DNA from: Acutalibacteraceae bacterium | Lineage (GTDB): Bacteria > Bacillota > Clostridia > Oscillospirales > Acutalibacteraceae | Assembly: GCA_045616815.1 (NCBI GenBank) | Contig: JAZLHN010000173.1 | Location: forward strand, 10,564 to 74,563 | Length of the DNA stretch: 64,000 bases | Reading direction: 5' to 3' | In this document: one piece after another, positions 35,415-45,654 of the stretch | Layout: each line of letters begins with the position of its first letter | Numbering within the stretch: position 1 is the stretch's first letter | Program-made: the position numbers and the translations under genes | Notes under the pieces: model-generated | What the model was told of the DNA's origin: nothing | Seen by the model: the letters and a program-made list of their open reading frames with translations, nothing else | Databases searched by the model: none

Positions 35415-37271
35415 TTACGACCAGGAGGTCACGTGAACGGTCACGCCCACCGGACTCTCTGTGACCTCGCACTCACACAGGCCTCGGATAAAGGACAGTT
35501 TATCATCGATCCCCGCGGTAATGCTCTTGAAGGAATAACAGTCGATTTTCGGGATATAAATATATTCCGGCCGTCTTTCGGGATATTTTTCCCAGTAGTG
35601 ATACTGTCGTGTCTGACTGTCTTCCTTAACGTACCATGCGGAATAGGTCCCGTACGGTCTGTCGAGACAGAGATAATACCATGCGTCGAGATCCGCCACG
35701 TACACGGGACCGGAACAATTTTCTCTGATCTGTTCGAGATCGTCGACGATGAGCTCATAGGTGCGGGAAAGTTTTCCGAAGGTACGGATCCCTTTCAGAG
35801 GTCCGCTTTCAAGCGTTTCGCGGGACGTGTCGGAGGGAATGTAAAAAAAGGTTTTTTCAAAAAGTGTTTCCATCCTCAGCGAAGTGGCTACCGAGACCGA
35901 CGACGTGACCAGAATCGATGCCGCGAGGACGGATAAGCATACCGTACGCAGCAGTTTCATCGGAAACCGTTTTATCTCGGCTTTTGTATCTTCCCGGGAA
36001 AGAAAAGCAAAAAGTTCCCTGCCGAGTTTTTCACAGAAGACCGCAAACACCGGAATGCAGGCGCATACGGTGATACCGAGCGTTATATCCGAGGAGATAT
36101 CCCGGATCGCAGAGGCGAAGAAGATCAGAAGAACGGAGAGGGTAAGCCGCCGGTCATGCTTTTCCGTAAAAGCGAGAAGCATGACGCCGCAGAATACCTT
36201 GGGGAAATTGATGCAGGTCACCTGATTGATCTGCTGCGGATCGCCTTTCTGATATACCGCCGCCATGACGGCCATGAGGACCGCCGCGCACAGCAGGAGT
36301 ATTGCGTTTACGGTTTTATTGTGTTTTCTGAAGTATAATCCCGCTGCGCATAAAGCGGAAAAAGCGATAACGTGAGCCGTTCCCATGGCCTTTATTTCCG
36401 AGAAAAGAAGGCTCAGGGAGAATACGCTGCTGCGGCTCGCCTCCGCAAGACCGACGCCTCCGGAAGAGAAATCGTATTCGGAATCCGTAAACAGTTCGGG
36501 CAGACCGTTCAGAACGGTGCTTATATCCGTCCGGCTCAGGATAAAACCGAATACCACCGCCATACTGAGCAGGATTCCCGCCGTGATGAACACCCATGCT
36601 TTGAGATCGATAAAGTAAGTGAAATCGCCGGCAATGCTTTTTTTGCGGCGGACGCACAGCATTTCGATCAGCACGGCAGCCGAATAGATAAAATAAATAA
36701 CTGCGTCAAGAGGATCGTTCAGTACCATACAGGACAGCAGTATTCCGCACAGAACGAATTCCGCGGGGCGGAGTTCTTTTTTTTCTTTCCAGAACAGAAG
36801 ACAGCACAGCAGTACGGAGGACATGATCAGTCCCGAATAGTAATTCACGGCGGGAATATTCACCGGCACGGTAAATGCCGCCAGTACGGAGCCGATGAGC
36901 GCGGCTACCCCGAATCTGCGAAGCGTGACATAAGCGATAAAAAAGACCGAGACCCAGCAGACAACGAAATAATTCCGCATGAAAAGAATGATCCCTTCGG
37001 TGCCGCCCGTGATCGTTACAAACAGTTTTACGGGTATCATCTGGAAAAAAGAAGAAAGCTGCGACAGATGCCACTCATCCGTCAGCAGAGAATCCCCTTG
37101 GAGAAGCCGGTGAGGGATCGTCAGATAAAAGCCCTCGTCTACGACGCCTATGCCGTAGCGTACGGCAATAAAAAGATAACACGCCAATGCCGCAAAACAA
37201 AAGATCGCCGCAATATCAACGGGGGTCAGGGAAGCATGGAAATGTTTTTCCTCTTTTTTATGATAAAACAT
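35415..37271 (-). CDS. Large polytopic membrane protein with a C-terminal soluble domain; possible GT-C-fold (ArnT/PMT/YfhO-like) glycosyltransferase
   Basis: It has more than 10 TM helices, an acidic loop motif GVVDEGFY after TM1 and a ~170-aa C-terminal extracytoplasmic domain. ATG 37271 follows SD ggag. The GT-C assignment is inference only. Confidence 0.4.
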   Translation of the reverse strand: MFYHKKEEKHFHASLTPVDIAAIFCFAALACYLFIAVRYGIGVVDEGFYLTIPHRLLQGDSLLTDEWHLSQLSSFFQMIPVKLFVTITGGTEGIILFMRNYFVVCWVSVFFIAYVTLRRFGVAALIGSVLAAFTVPVNIPAVNYYSGLIMSSVLLCCLLFWKEKKELRPAEFVLCGILLSCMVLNDPLDAVIYFIYSAAVLIEMLCVRRKKSIAGDFTYFIDLKAWVFITAGILLSMAVVFGFILSRTDISTVLNGLPELFTDSEYDFSSGGVGLAEASRSSVFSLSLLFSEIKAMGTAHVIAFSALCAAGLYFRKHNKTVNAILLLCAAVLMAVMAAVYQKGDPQQINQVTCINFPKVFCGVMLLAFTEKHDRRLTLSVLLIFFASAIRDISSDITLGITVCACIPVFAVFCEKLGRELFAFLSREDTKAEIKRFPMKLLRTVCLSVLAASILVTSSVSVATSLRMETLFEKTFFYIPSDTSRETLESGPLKGIRTFGKLSRTYELIVDDLEQIRENCSGPVYVADLDAWYYLCLDRPYGTYSAWYVKEDSQTRQYHYWEKYPERRPEYIYIPKIDCYSFKSITAGIDDKLSFIRGLCECEVTESPVGVTVHVTSWS

Positions 37272-37557
37272 CTGTCGTTCTCCGAAGAAATACTGATTTT
37301 TATTCAATAATAGCATATTCGCAAAACAAAGTCCATCCGTTTTTGGAGCGCGCGGAGAAATAATGTTGACAATTCCCGAAGAATCCCTTAAAATTTTCAA
37401 TAAGAAAAATCTATAAGAAAAACAATTTCACCATGCGGATCTGAGAACGAAAGTCTGATATGTTGCTTCTCAAAAATAAAGTGAAATGCTGCGTTGCGGT
37501 AATCGGTCTCGTATTTCTTTTGTGTCTTGCGGCGCAGCGGAAAGGAATGGGCTTGAT

Positions 37558-39489
37558 ATGAAAAAGCCATTCGTAAAAACAGTTTTTTTTATCTTTCTTG
37601 CGGCAGCGGCGGCAGCGGCCTTTTTCTTCTTTTCCGGCAGGGGAGCCGGCGCCCGGGGAGGGATCGCGGAGCTGTCCGTCAGTGTATTCGACAGTGAACT
37701 CTGTACCGTATACGCCCAGCCCGCGGGAGAAAATGAATTTCGTTTGTATCTGCCCTGTGATACCGACTTTTCTTCTGCAAGGTTATATTTCGAAGCCGAT
37801 ACCGACGTACGGCTGGAGCGCCGCAGGATCCGTTCCGGAGACGTGTGCTCCGCGATAACGGGAGAGGGAGAATACCGCTTATCCGCCGGCTCGACGGATT
37901 ACAAACTCTTCGTTTTTACGGGATCGGAAATACCTGCGGTCTTTATTTCTACCGAATCCGGCAATCTGGACTATATCCATGCAGATAAGGAGAATAAAGA
38001 AAAAGGCAGGATCGCAGTCGCCGAAAAAGGCGGACTGACGTTTGAGGGCGGCCTGAGCTCCGTCAAGGGCAGAGGCAACTCCTTCATGGAGAGCAGAAAA
38101 AAATCCTACAACATCAAATTGGAGGATAAACAGAGCCTTTTCGGGATGGATCCTGCCAAAAAGTGGAGCCTCGTTGCTGCCGACTGCGACTATTCCGCTC
38201 CGCTGAAATGGCAGATCGGTTTTGCTCTCGAGGAGTATATGGGCATATACAGCGCCGGTGACGGTGCTCCCGCCGATCTTTATATCAACGGAGAGTATCG
38301 CGGTATGTATCTTGTGTGCGAGAGCGTTCAGATCGCCGAGGGAAGAGTGGATATCACCGACCTCGAAAAGCTCAACGAACAGGCAAATCCCGATATCGAT
38401 ATCGAAAAATGCGCCCCGTGCGGGGTGGCGGAGCCCGGTACGCCCGGCAGCCGCAAATGGGTGGATATACCCGTTTCCCCGGAGGATATCACGGGCGGAT
38501 ATCTGCTGGAATTCGACGCTATGGACGCCTACGGACAGGAGGCAAGCGCCTTTATCTCACCGAACGGTCAGTGTATCGTTGTGAAAGAGCCGGAATACTG
38601 CTCGGAGGCGGAGATCGATTATATCGCCGATTGGTATGCTCTCGCGGAGGAGGCGCTGATCTCCGAGGACGGCTATAACTCGCTCGGAAAGCATTACAGC
38701 GAATATTATGACGTGGATTCTCTGGCGAGAATGTATATCCTTCAGGAGTTTACGCAGAATCTGGATGCATCCTTTTCAAGCTGTTTCTTTTATAAAGATA
38801 AGGGCGACGGCAAACTTTATGCCGGCCCCGCATGGGATTTCGATCTGATCATGTTCCCGCAATGCAGGATCGCCGGGCATTCCATGCTGTATTGTGACAG
38901 ATGGTACGTGAATGTTTTCGCCGCGGATACCAGTCTGATCCCGTCGATCTATAACTCTGCTTACAGACATGATGATTTTGTGAAGACCGTGATCGGTCTT
39001 TGGAAAGAATTTACCGAAAAAGGCTTGCTTTCTTACTGCCGTGAGCTTACGGAACAAATCAGTGCGTCCACGGAAAAATCGACATTGATGAACCGGTTCA
39101 GATGGAACGATGACGAGCCCGTCGATGTACAGCGGGAGTCTGAAGATATGACCGAAATAAAAAATACGATCTTTGAATTTCTGGATAAAAAAACGCAGGC
39201 TCTGCATAAAGGCTACGCAGAGGACTGCTCCATGCTGTATTACGATCCGAACGGCGGCAGCGGATTCCTGTATACGAATTTCATTACCTCTTTCGGCGAG
39301 CAGTACGCCGTGCTGCAGCCGGAGCTGGGACAGAACGGGATCAAACCGGCGGACGAGGAGCATGTTTTCAAATGCTGGAATACCGCAAAAGACGGCTCGG
39401 GTACCGACTATTATCCCGGTGATAAATTAACGGCAAATACGCGCAGGATCATACTGTACGCCCAGTGGGAACCGAAGTCCGACGGATAG
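37558..39489 (+). CDS. Secreted/anchored CotH-family (atypical kinase fold) protein
   Basis: It has a signal/anchor (KTVFFIFLAAAAAAAFFFF) and CotH-like segments KKSYNIKL...KKWSL..., LYINGEYRGMYLVCESV and GPAWDFDL. Confidence 0.6.
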   Translation: MKKPFVKTVFFIFLAAAAAAAFFFFSGRGAGARGGIAELSVSVFDSELCTVYAQPAGENEFRLYLPCDTDFSSARLYFEADTDVRLERRRIRSGDVCSAITGEGEYRLSAGSTDYKLFVFTGSEIPAVFISTESGNLDYIHADKENKEKGRIAVAEKGGLTFEGGLSSVKGRGNSFMESRKKSYNIKLEDKQSLFGMDPAKKWSLVAADCDYSAPLKWQIGFALEEYMGIYSAGDGAPADLYINGEYRGMYLVCESVQIAEGRVDITDLEKLNEQANPDIDIEKCAPCGVAEPGTPGSRKWVDIPVSPEDITGGYLLEFDAMDAYGQEASAFISPNGQCIVVKEPEYCSEAEIDYIADWYALAEEALISEDGYNSLGKHYSEYYDVDSLARMYILQEFTQNLDASFSSCFFYKDKGDGKLYAGPAWDFDLIMFPQCRIAGHSMLYCDRWYVNVFAADTSLIPSIYNSAYRHDDFVKTVIGLWKEFTEKGLLSYCRELTEQISASTEKSTLMNRFRWNDDEPVDVQRESEDMTEIKNTIFEFLDKKTQALHKGYAEDCSMLYYDPNGGSGFLYTNFITSFGEQYAVLQPELGQNGIKPADEEHVFKCWNTAKDGSGTDYYPGDKLTANTRRIILYAQWEPKSDG

Positions 39490-39550
39490 GTCCGCTGTCC
39501 GGCGTCCGTTCGGCGCCTTTTTGCCTCTGCGGATCCGTAAAAAACGAAAA

Positions 39551-39596
39551 AAGAAGACCTGCACTTCACAATGAACGGCAGGTCTTCTTTTTTATT
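39551..39596. terminator. Bidirectional terminator hairpin
   Basis: aagaagacctgc...gcaggtcttctt stem flanked by A- and T-runs, between convergent genes. Confidence 0.75.
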
Positions 39597-41067
39597 CGAT
39601 GTCTTTGAGTCCGTATTTTCTGATAACGGACGGGAAAAAGTGCGCCCAGCAGAAAATATCGAGGAATTCATAGGCGGAAATGCAGAACAACTGGACGGCG
39701 AATTTCGGCCCGTGCCCGCGGAACTGTTTGAGAACGTCCGCTATATCTTTTTTCGCTATATCGTAGCTTCTTGCATCTTCGTTGAAAAACTTGCGCGAAA
39801 ATCCTTTCCATAAAAAACGGGCTCTTACTGCTTTAAGTTCCTTTGATGGGACATTGGAAACGTTCGGCTCGGGAGAGTAGAAAAACTTGATTTTCGTATA
39901 ACCGCGAAATGTTTTCGGGGGGATATATCTTCCGGAAGCTACGAGCTGATCGTAAAGTTCCGAGCCGACCCCGGGCATGAAAAAGAAAAAAGTGCGCTGC
40001 GTCGCTTTGATCCGCTTTGCCATTTCCACTGTGTCGCGAAACTGTTCTTCCGTTTCGTCCGGGAAGCCTATGATAAAATTGGCAAGAGAAATGATCCCCG
40101 CCTTTGAGCAATCCTCAAAGGTCTTTTCTATTTTGTCGTAGGGAATGCCTTTTTTGATGGTTTTCAGCATGGTGGGCGAGCCTGTTTCCACGCCGAAATC
40201 CACCCAAAGACAGCCTGCGTCCTTCATCACGCGGAAATCGTCCTCGTCAAAAATGCCGATCCTCGTCTGGACGCCCCATTTGAAGCCGAGCCCCGAGTCT
40301 TTGAATGCTTTACACTGGGCGAGCATTTCATTACGGTTTTTGCACCACAGCTCGTCCGCGAAATAAATGCAGTCCACCCCGTGATGTTCCATGAGATATT
40401 TTACTTCCGTCAGAAAAGTCTCGACGGGACGCATACGACAGGTCTGACGGTGGTATTTTTTATTGAAGCAGAACGTACATTGACCGATGCAGCCCTTGGA
40501 CATATACAGCAGGGCACACTTTTTGCAGCCGTACATATCGCCGAGATATTTGTCGACGTCCACAAGAGAAAAATCGATGGGCGGCAGCACGGCAAGGTCG
40601 ATGAAATCGCGCTCGGGGGTAAAAACGGTTTTGCCGTTTTCACGATAGGCAAGTCCGGGCACGGCTTTGGGATCGCCGCCCTTATCAAGCGTGCCGCACA
40701 GCTCCAGCCACGTCTGTTCTCCCTCGCCGACGGAAATAAAATCGATATCGATGTTGTTGAAGACGAGTTCGGTGTCAAGGGAAACGAACGCTCCGCCCCA
40801 GACGACCTTTATGCCGAGTTTTTTTGCCGCGAGCGATACCTTTTCGGAATCGGTAAAGGATTTCATGGAATAAACCGAAACGCCCACTATGTCGGGAGCA
40901 TAGGAGCGAAGTTCTTTTTCTATCGGTGTTGTTTTCAGCGTTCGGTCGAGTATTTTGACCTCGTGTCCGTTGGCCTTCAGATAAGTCGCGATGGACATGA
41001 GCCCGAGAGGAAAAGCCACCTGGCGGGTATACCGTTCCATGGCGGGGTTGATAAAAAGGACTTTCAT
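39592..41067 (-). CDS. B12-binding-domain-type radical SAM enzyme, clade C (about 490 aa)
   Basis: MKVLFINPA, VGVSVYS, VWGGAF, VGEGE, SKGCIGQCTFCFN and the C-terminal FLDIFCWAHFFPSVIRKYGL. Confidence 0.8.
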   Translation of the reverse strand: MKVLFINPAMERYTRQVAFPLGLMSIATYLKANGHEVKILDRTLKTTPIEKELRSYAPDIVGVSVYSMKSFTDSEKVSLAAKKLGIKVVWGGAFVSLDTELVFNNIDIDFISVGEGEQTWLELCGTLDKGGDPKAVPGLAYRENGKTVFTPERDFIDLAVLPPIDFSLVDVDKYLGDMYGCKKCALLYMSKGCIGQCTFCFNKKYHRQTCRMRPVETFLTEVKYLMEHHGVDCIYFADELWCKNRNEMLAQCKAFKDSGLGFKWGVQTRIGIFDEDDFRVMKDAGCLWVDFGVETGSPTMLKTIKKGIPYDKIEKTFEDCSKAGIISLANFIIGFPDETEEQFRDTVEMAKRIKATQRTFFFFMPGVGSELYDQLVASGRYIPPKTFRGYTKIKFFYSPEPNVSNVPSKELKAVRARFLWKGFSRKFFNEDARSYDIAKKDIADVLKQFRGHGPKFAVQLFCISAYEFLDIFCWAHFFPSVIRKYGLKDIE

Positions 41068-41080
41068 GCGCCGCTCCTTT

Positions 41081-42562
41081 TCACTTTAAGGTCAGTCCGT
41101 ATTTTTTCTTTGTCGACGGGAAGAAATGGGAGTAGAAGAAAATATCGAGGAACTCATGACCGCTGACAAAAAGCTGATATACGGCCTTTATCGGTCCGTG
41201 ACCGAACAAGCTTCTTATGATCGTCAGGATATTGGAGACCGCGATCGGATATTTGTCATCGTTTCCGGAAAAGTATTTCTTGGAAAAACTTGCCCACAGC
41301 ATGGAGCATCTTATCACCTTCAGGTCTTTCGTCTTTACGGATGACAGATTCGGGGCGGGGGAGTATTTGCTTTGCGGCTTAAGAAAGTCTTCCATATTTT
41401 CGATCGGCGTCAGTTTTTTTTCTTTCACGAGCTGCTCATAGATCTCGGAGCCGGGCAGAGGAGAAAAATACGAACAGATAAAACGCGCAAAACCGATTCT
41501 GTCGGCAAGTTCGCAGGTTTTTTTCAATTCGTCCTCGGTTTCTCCGGGGAAGCCCACGATAAAATAGCATAAGGGATTGATCCCGGCCGCCTTGCAATTA
41601 TTGATGTCGATGACGGCGCGTTCCGGATTCATCCCTTTTTTCATTCTCTTCAGGGTGGACGGCGCCCCGCTTTCGATGCCGAATTCGAGCCAGCGGCAGC
41701 CGGCTTTATATAAAAGGTCGAAATCTTCCTTATCGTAAATCCCGATCCTGGTCATGCCGCCCCAGGGCAATCCCATGTCGTGTTCAAGGAAGGCGCGGCA
41801 GATGTTCCGGGTGTTTTCTTTCGTACCCCCGAACAGTTCATCCGTAAAGAAAAGAGCGTCTACCCCGAGATCCGTGCTTTTCAGATAGTCGATATCCTGC
41901 AAAAACACGTTCAGATCCTTTTGCCTCCGGCAGTTTTTATGAAAGTCGGTGTTGTAGCAAAACGTGCAATGCCCCGTGCAGCCCTTGGAGAGATAGACGG
42001 GCATGACCTTTTTGTATTTTCCCGTATCGTAGTCGGTAAACAGCGTCGGCGCGACGTCCAGCAATGAATAATCGGTCGGCGGAAGGAGCGTGAGATCCAT
42101 AAAATCCCGTTCATGATATATATATTCGCCGTCTTTGTAATAGGCGAGCCCGGGTACGGAAAGAATGTCCTCCCCGTTGTTTACGGCATTGGCTATATCA
42201 AGCCATGCCGCTTCTCCCTCGCCCACGGAAACGGCATCGACGTACGGCTGCGCGGCGAATATCTCTGCGGAGGAAGAAACGATCGGACCGCCCCATATCA
42301 CGGGAATGTTCCGTTTCTTTGCAAGTTTTGAAATATATACGGAATCGGTTATCGACATGGTGGATATGAGAGAGCACCCGATGACGTCCGGCCGGAAAGA
42401 GTCCAGAGTCTTTTGTATATTGTCGGAACGGACGGAACGGTTCAGGATCATGACCTCATGACCGTTTTTTTTGAGATAACTGCCGATGGATAAGATTCCG
42501 AGCGGTGTGCAGGGAGTTCGGGTGTATCTTTTTGTGGCGGGATTGATCAGTAATAATTTCAT
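41081..42562 (-). CDS. B12-binding-domain-type radical SAM enzyme, clade C
   Basis: MKLLLINPA, IGCSLIS, IWGGPI, VGEGE, SKGCTGHCTFCYN and FLDIFFYSHFFPSTKKKYGL. Confidence 0.8.
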   Translation of the reverse strand: MKLLLINPATKRYTRTPCTPLGILSIGSYLKKNGHEVMILNRSVRSDNIQKTLDSFRPDVIGCSLISTMSITDSVYISKLAKKRNIPVIWGGPIVSSSAEIFAAQPYVDAVSVGEGEAAWLDIANAVNNGEDILSVPGLAYYKDGEYIYHERDFMDLTLLPPTDYSLLDVAPTLFTDYDTGKYKKVMPVYLSKGCTGHCTFCYNTDFHKNCRRQKDLNVFLQDIDYLKSTDLGVDALFFTDELFGGTKENTRNICRAFLEHDMGLPWGGMTRIGIYDKEDFDLLYKAGCRWLEFGIESGAPSTLKRMKKGMNPERAVIDINNCKAAGINPLCYFIVGFPGETEDELKKTCELADRIGFARFICSYFSPLPGSEIYEQLVKEKKLTPIENMEDFLKPQSKYSPAPNLSSVKTKDLKVIRCSMLWASFSKKYFSGNDDKYPIAVSNILTIIRSLFGHGPIKAVYQLFVSGHEFLDIFFYSHFFPSTKKKYGLTLK

Positions 42563-42699
42563 GCCCTATCACTTCCGGAATATAGTAAATTAGATTAAGC
42601 ATATCATGATTTGCGGTTTTTTTCAAGTTTTTTTCTGCGTACGGGATCGGTTTTACGTTTATCCGGTAAGAGAAGCAGCCCGCATGAATGTTTTTTTAT

Positions 42700-42729
42700 T
42701 TGACAAGTTTGTTATTTTCGTGATATAGT
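42700..42729 (+). promoter_or_regulatory. Sigma-A-type promoter (TTGACA-18 nt-TATAGT, TG at -15) heading the ~20-kb plus-strand operon
   Basis: Read directly: tTTGACAagtttgttattttcgTGaTATAGT, upstream of SD aagagg and ATG 42783. Confidence 0.6.
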
Positions 42730-42782
42730 ATATACGCATTATAAATTATTCTTTTACTGATTTGTTTTATAAGAGGCGCATT

Positions 42783-44270
42783 ATGAGAATACTGCTTATC
42801 AACCCATCGACGGAGGGCTATGCCCGTTCCGTTACTCTGCCTCTCGGCTTACTTTCCATCGCCGCCGTGCTGCAAAAGGACGGCCACGTTATCCGGCTGT
42901 ACGACCGGACGGTGGAAAAAGCGAAAGAAAAAGAGGTTTTTGATGAGTTTCGGCCGGAATTGGTCGGGATATCGCTTGTCTCCATCAAGTCGATCAATGA
43001 TACTCTTTCGCTGGCGTCGTTTGCAAAAAAGAAGAAATTGCCGGTCGTTGTCGGCGGCCCTCTGGCTTCCGAACTGCCCGACTGTGTGCTGGTCCACCGT
43101 GACGTCGATATCGTTTCGATCGGCGAGGGGGAGGAAACGTGGCGGGAGCTTGTTCGCTTCTATGAGAAAAAAGACCGCCGGCTCACGGATATCGCCGGGA
43201 TCGCTTATGTGGAAGACGGCGAAACGATCCTGACTGCGCAGCGTGATTTTATCGACCTTGCAACCCTGCCTCCGATCGATTGGAGCCTTGTGAACGTACC
43301 GAAATACTTTCAGTCCTCCTACGGCTGTGACAAAATGCTGTATCTGTATTCGGCCAAAGGATGTCCCAACAGCTGCACGTTTTGCTATAACCGGGATTTT
43401 CACCGCTGCCGGTACCGCAAGCGTCCCATCGGAGCGCTGCTCGATGAAATAAAATATCTCGCTGAAAATTTCGGGCTGAACGGTGTGTATTTTGCGGATG
43501 AACTCTGGTGCAGAAGCCGTGAGGAGATGCACGAAACGTGTGACGCGCTCCGTTCCCTCGGTCCGGACCTTGCCTGGGGCTGCCAGACCCGTATCGGATT
43601 GTTTGACGAAGAGGATTTCCGGTATATGTACTCTTCCGGCTGCCGCTGGGTGTTCTTCGGCGTGGAAAGCGGCTCAAAGCGTATGCTGAAGCTTATGAAC
43701 AAACGTATCGACTACGATAAGATCGTTCCCACGTTTGCCGACTGCAAAAAAGCGGGGCTCAATGCGATCGGTTCCTTTATCGTCGGTGCGCCGGACGAAA
43801 CGGTACAGGATCTCAGAGAGACGGTCTCACTGATCGAAAAACTGGATACCCGTCTTATCAACCTGAATTATTATATTCTGGTGCCCGCATCCGATGATTA
43901 CAAAAGGCTTGTTGCGGAAGGAAGGTATCCGGCTTACCGGGATATAACGGAGCTTGCCGTGATCGATCCCGTGGAAAAGATCGAATACAAGTTCTGCGAT
44001 ATTCCCGACAGGGATATCAGGGTCATCCGGTCGCTGTATATGTGGCGTTCTTTCGTGAACGATGACGTTTCCACCGGCAAGGGAGATTCTTTTGCCAAAA
44101 AAGTCATTACGGACGCGCTGCGATCCATGGTCGGCGGCGGATTCGGAAATTTCATCGCCGCGACGTTTTTTGCCGGCATGGAATTTTTACGGGTATTCTT
44201 TTATGCGCACGCTTTTCCGTCCGTGGTCGGAAAATATATCCCGAAACGGGAGTCGGGGAAAGACAGATGA
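42783..44270 (+). CDS. B12-binding-domain-type radical SAM enzyme, clade C
   Basis: MRILLINPS, VGISLVS, VVGGPL, IGEGE, AKGCPNSCTFCYN and FLRVFFYAHAFPSVVGKY. Confidence 0.8.
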   Translation: MRILLINPSTEGYARSVTLPLGLLSIAAVLQKDGHVIRLYDRTVEKAKEKEVFDEFRPELVGISLVSIKSINDTLSLASFAKKKKLPVVVGGPLASELPDCVLVHRDVDIVSIGEGEETWRELVRFYEKKDRRLTDIAGIAYVEDGETILTAQRDFIDLATLPPIDWSLVNVPKYFQSSYGCDKMLYLYSAKGCPNSCTFCYNRDFHRCRYRKRPIGALLDEIKYLAENFGLNGVYFADELWCRSREEMHETCDALRSLGPDLAWGCQTRIGLFDEEDFRYMYSSGCRWVFFGVESGSKRMLKLMNKRIDYDKIVPTFADCKKAGLNAIGSFIVGAPDETVQDLRETVSLIEKLDTRLINLNYYILVPASDDYKRLVAEGRYPAYRDITELAVIDPVEKIEYKFCDIPDRDIRVIRSLYMWRSFVNDDVSTGKGDSFAKKVITDALRSMVGGGFGNFIAATFFAGMEFLRVFFYAHAFPSVVGKYIPKRESGKDR

Positions 44271-45622
44271 AAAGCAATAAGAAATTGCCGAAAACAGAAT
44301 CAGACGTGCCGGCGTTGAAAAACAGATCCGTTTTCTCCGGCGGAACGATAAAAAACGTGCTGCTCGATCTGTTAATCGCGATCCCGGTCTTCTTCCTTTT
44401 TGTTTTCGAACTGAGAATCGGCGGCTACGATCTGCTGACGCTGCATCCGGAGGATCTCCTGCCGCCCATCCCCGTGTATCTTGCGGATTACAGCCTCACC
44501 TTTACGACTAAACTGCTGATCGGCAGCGTGACGGGTCTGTTCTTTGATAAGATCACTCTGGAGCAGATGTTTGAGATCTGCGGTATCGCAAACATCATTG
44601 CCGTCGGTGTGCTTGCTCTTTTTTTCGCTGCGCTGCTGCGCATCACGGTCGAAAAAAAGCAGTATCCCGCTTTGTTCATTGCTTTCTTTTTTATCCTGGA
44701 TCCGATGATCCCGCAGGAATATTATCCATCGATCGGAGGATACAACACCTATTGGACGGTGTTGTTCGTTCTCCTGATCTTTCTGTATTCCTCCCGCGGC
44801 TACTATCTTCTCGCTCCGGTCCTGTGTGTGATCGGCATGCTCGTTCACGACGGTTTTCTGCTTTCGTTCCTGCCTGTCGTCATGGTGCTGCTTGTCTATG
44901 ATCTCTGCCATGCGGACAGCGTTGGGAAAAAGACGGCCGGTGCCGTATCTTTCGGTCTTACGGGCGCTTCCTGCGTATCGCTGTTCGTATACTCATCCTT
45001 CTTTCAGAACGATCATCTGAAAATGACCGGGGACGAATTTTACGAATATATGCTCTCCCGGTTCGATCTCACCGTTGTGCAGAAGTGGCAGCTCGAGCAG
45101 ATCAACGGTTCCAGAGTATTCCCGTTCTCCTTTTTTGAAACGTACTTTTTTGATAAATATTCCAATCCGGGAAACGAGGGCTCCATGTCTCTCGGAACGT
45201 ATCTTTCCCTGTTTCACGATTATCTCGGGAAAACGCTTTCCCCGGATTTTTATCTCCGGTATCTTGTTTCCTTTTTGCCGTTCGCGGTCTTATTTGCGGT
45301 GCTGTGGGGTGTATGCGCGAAAAAAAGCAGGGGGATCAGAAAGCTTCCTTTCATTTTCTTCGCGTGTATCGAGGCGGTCATCCTGCCGTTAGGGATCATA
45401 TCGACCGATTTCCATCGCTGGATCCCCGCCGCGATCATATCGCAGGCGGCTCTCGTTTATGCCATGATAAAAAAAGAGGATGAGACTTTTTCGGAAGTCC
45501 TTTCCTCTCCCATCCTGAAGAAAAAACCGTTTATCGCGCTGATGATCGTTGCGGCGTGCGTATGCATCACGGGGCTTGCGCTGTTTTGCATCGATCTGCC
45601 GATGATGGACGACGTGATGTAG
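44267..45622 (+). CDS. Polytopic membrane protein, family X (paralogue 2 of 3)
   Basis: Its ATG overlaps the clade-C stop (ATGA). It carries the family motifs PPIPVYLADYSLTFTTKLLIGSVT, QEYYPSIGGYNTYW, MLVHDGF and STDFHRWIP. Confidence 0.6.
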   Translation: MKSNKKLPKTESDVPALKNRSVFSGGTIKNVLLDLLIAIPVFFLFVFELRIGGYDLLTLHPEDLLPPIPVYLADYSLTFTTKLLIGSVTGLFFDKITLEQMFEICGIANIIAVGVLALFFAALLRITVEKKQYPALFIAFFFILDPMIPQEYYPSIGGYNTYWTVLFVLLIFLYSSRGYYLLAPVLCVIGMLVHDGFLLSFLPVVMVLLVYDLCHADSVGKKTAGAVSFGLTGASCVSLFVYSSFFQNDHLKMTGDEFYEYMLSRFDLTVVQKWQLEQINGSRVFPFSFFETYFFDKYSNPGNEGSMSLGTYLSLFHDYLGKTLSPDFYLRYLVSFLPFAVLFAVLWGVCAKKSRGIRKLPFIFFACIEAVILPLGIISTDFHRWIPAAIISQAALVYAMIKKEDETFSEVLSSPILKKKPFIALMIVAACVCITGLALFCIDLPMMDDVM

Positions 45623-45654
45623 ATAAAAACCTGAAAAGCGGGTGAAGAGAGATT

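Noticed and set aside
36372-37310. A 312-aa plus-strand ORF and other ORFs (35433-35936, 35884-36225) overlapping the large membrane protein gene.
   Set aside because: They are antisense to a coherent 618-aa polytopic membrane protein. Their products are basic and low-complexity with no start context.
37460-37561. A 33-codon ORF (MLLLKNKVKCCVAVIGLVFLLCLAAQRKGMGLI) upstream of and overlapping the CotH start, considered as a RiPP precursor or leader peptide.
   Set aside because: It has no SD and a hydrophobic signal-like composition. It sits in a divergent promoter region, and nothing ties it to the radical SAM genes. I cannot support it without conservation data.
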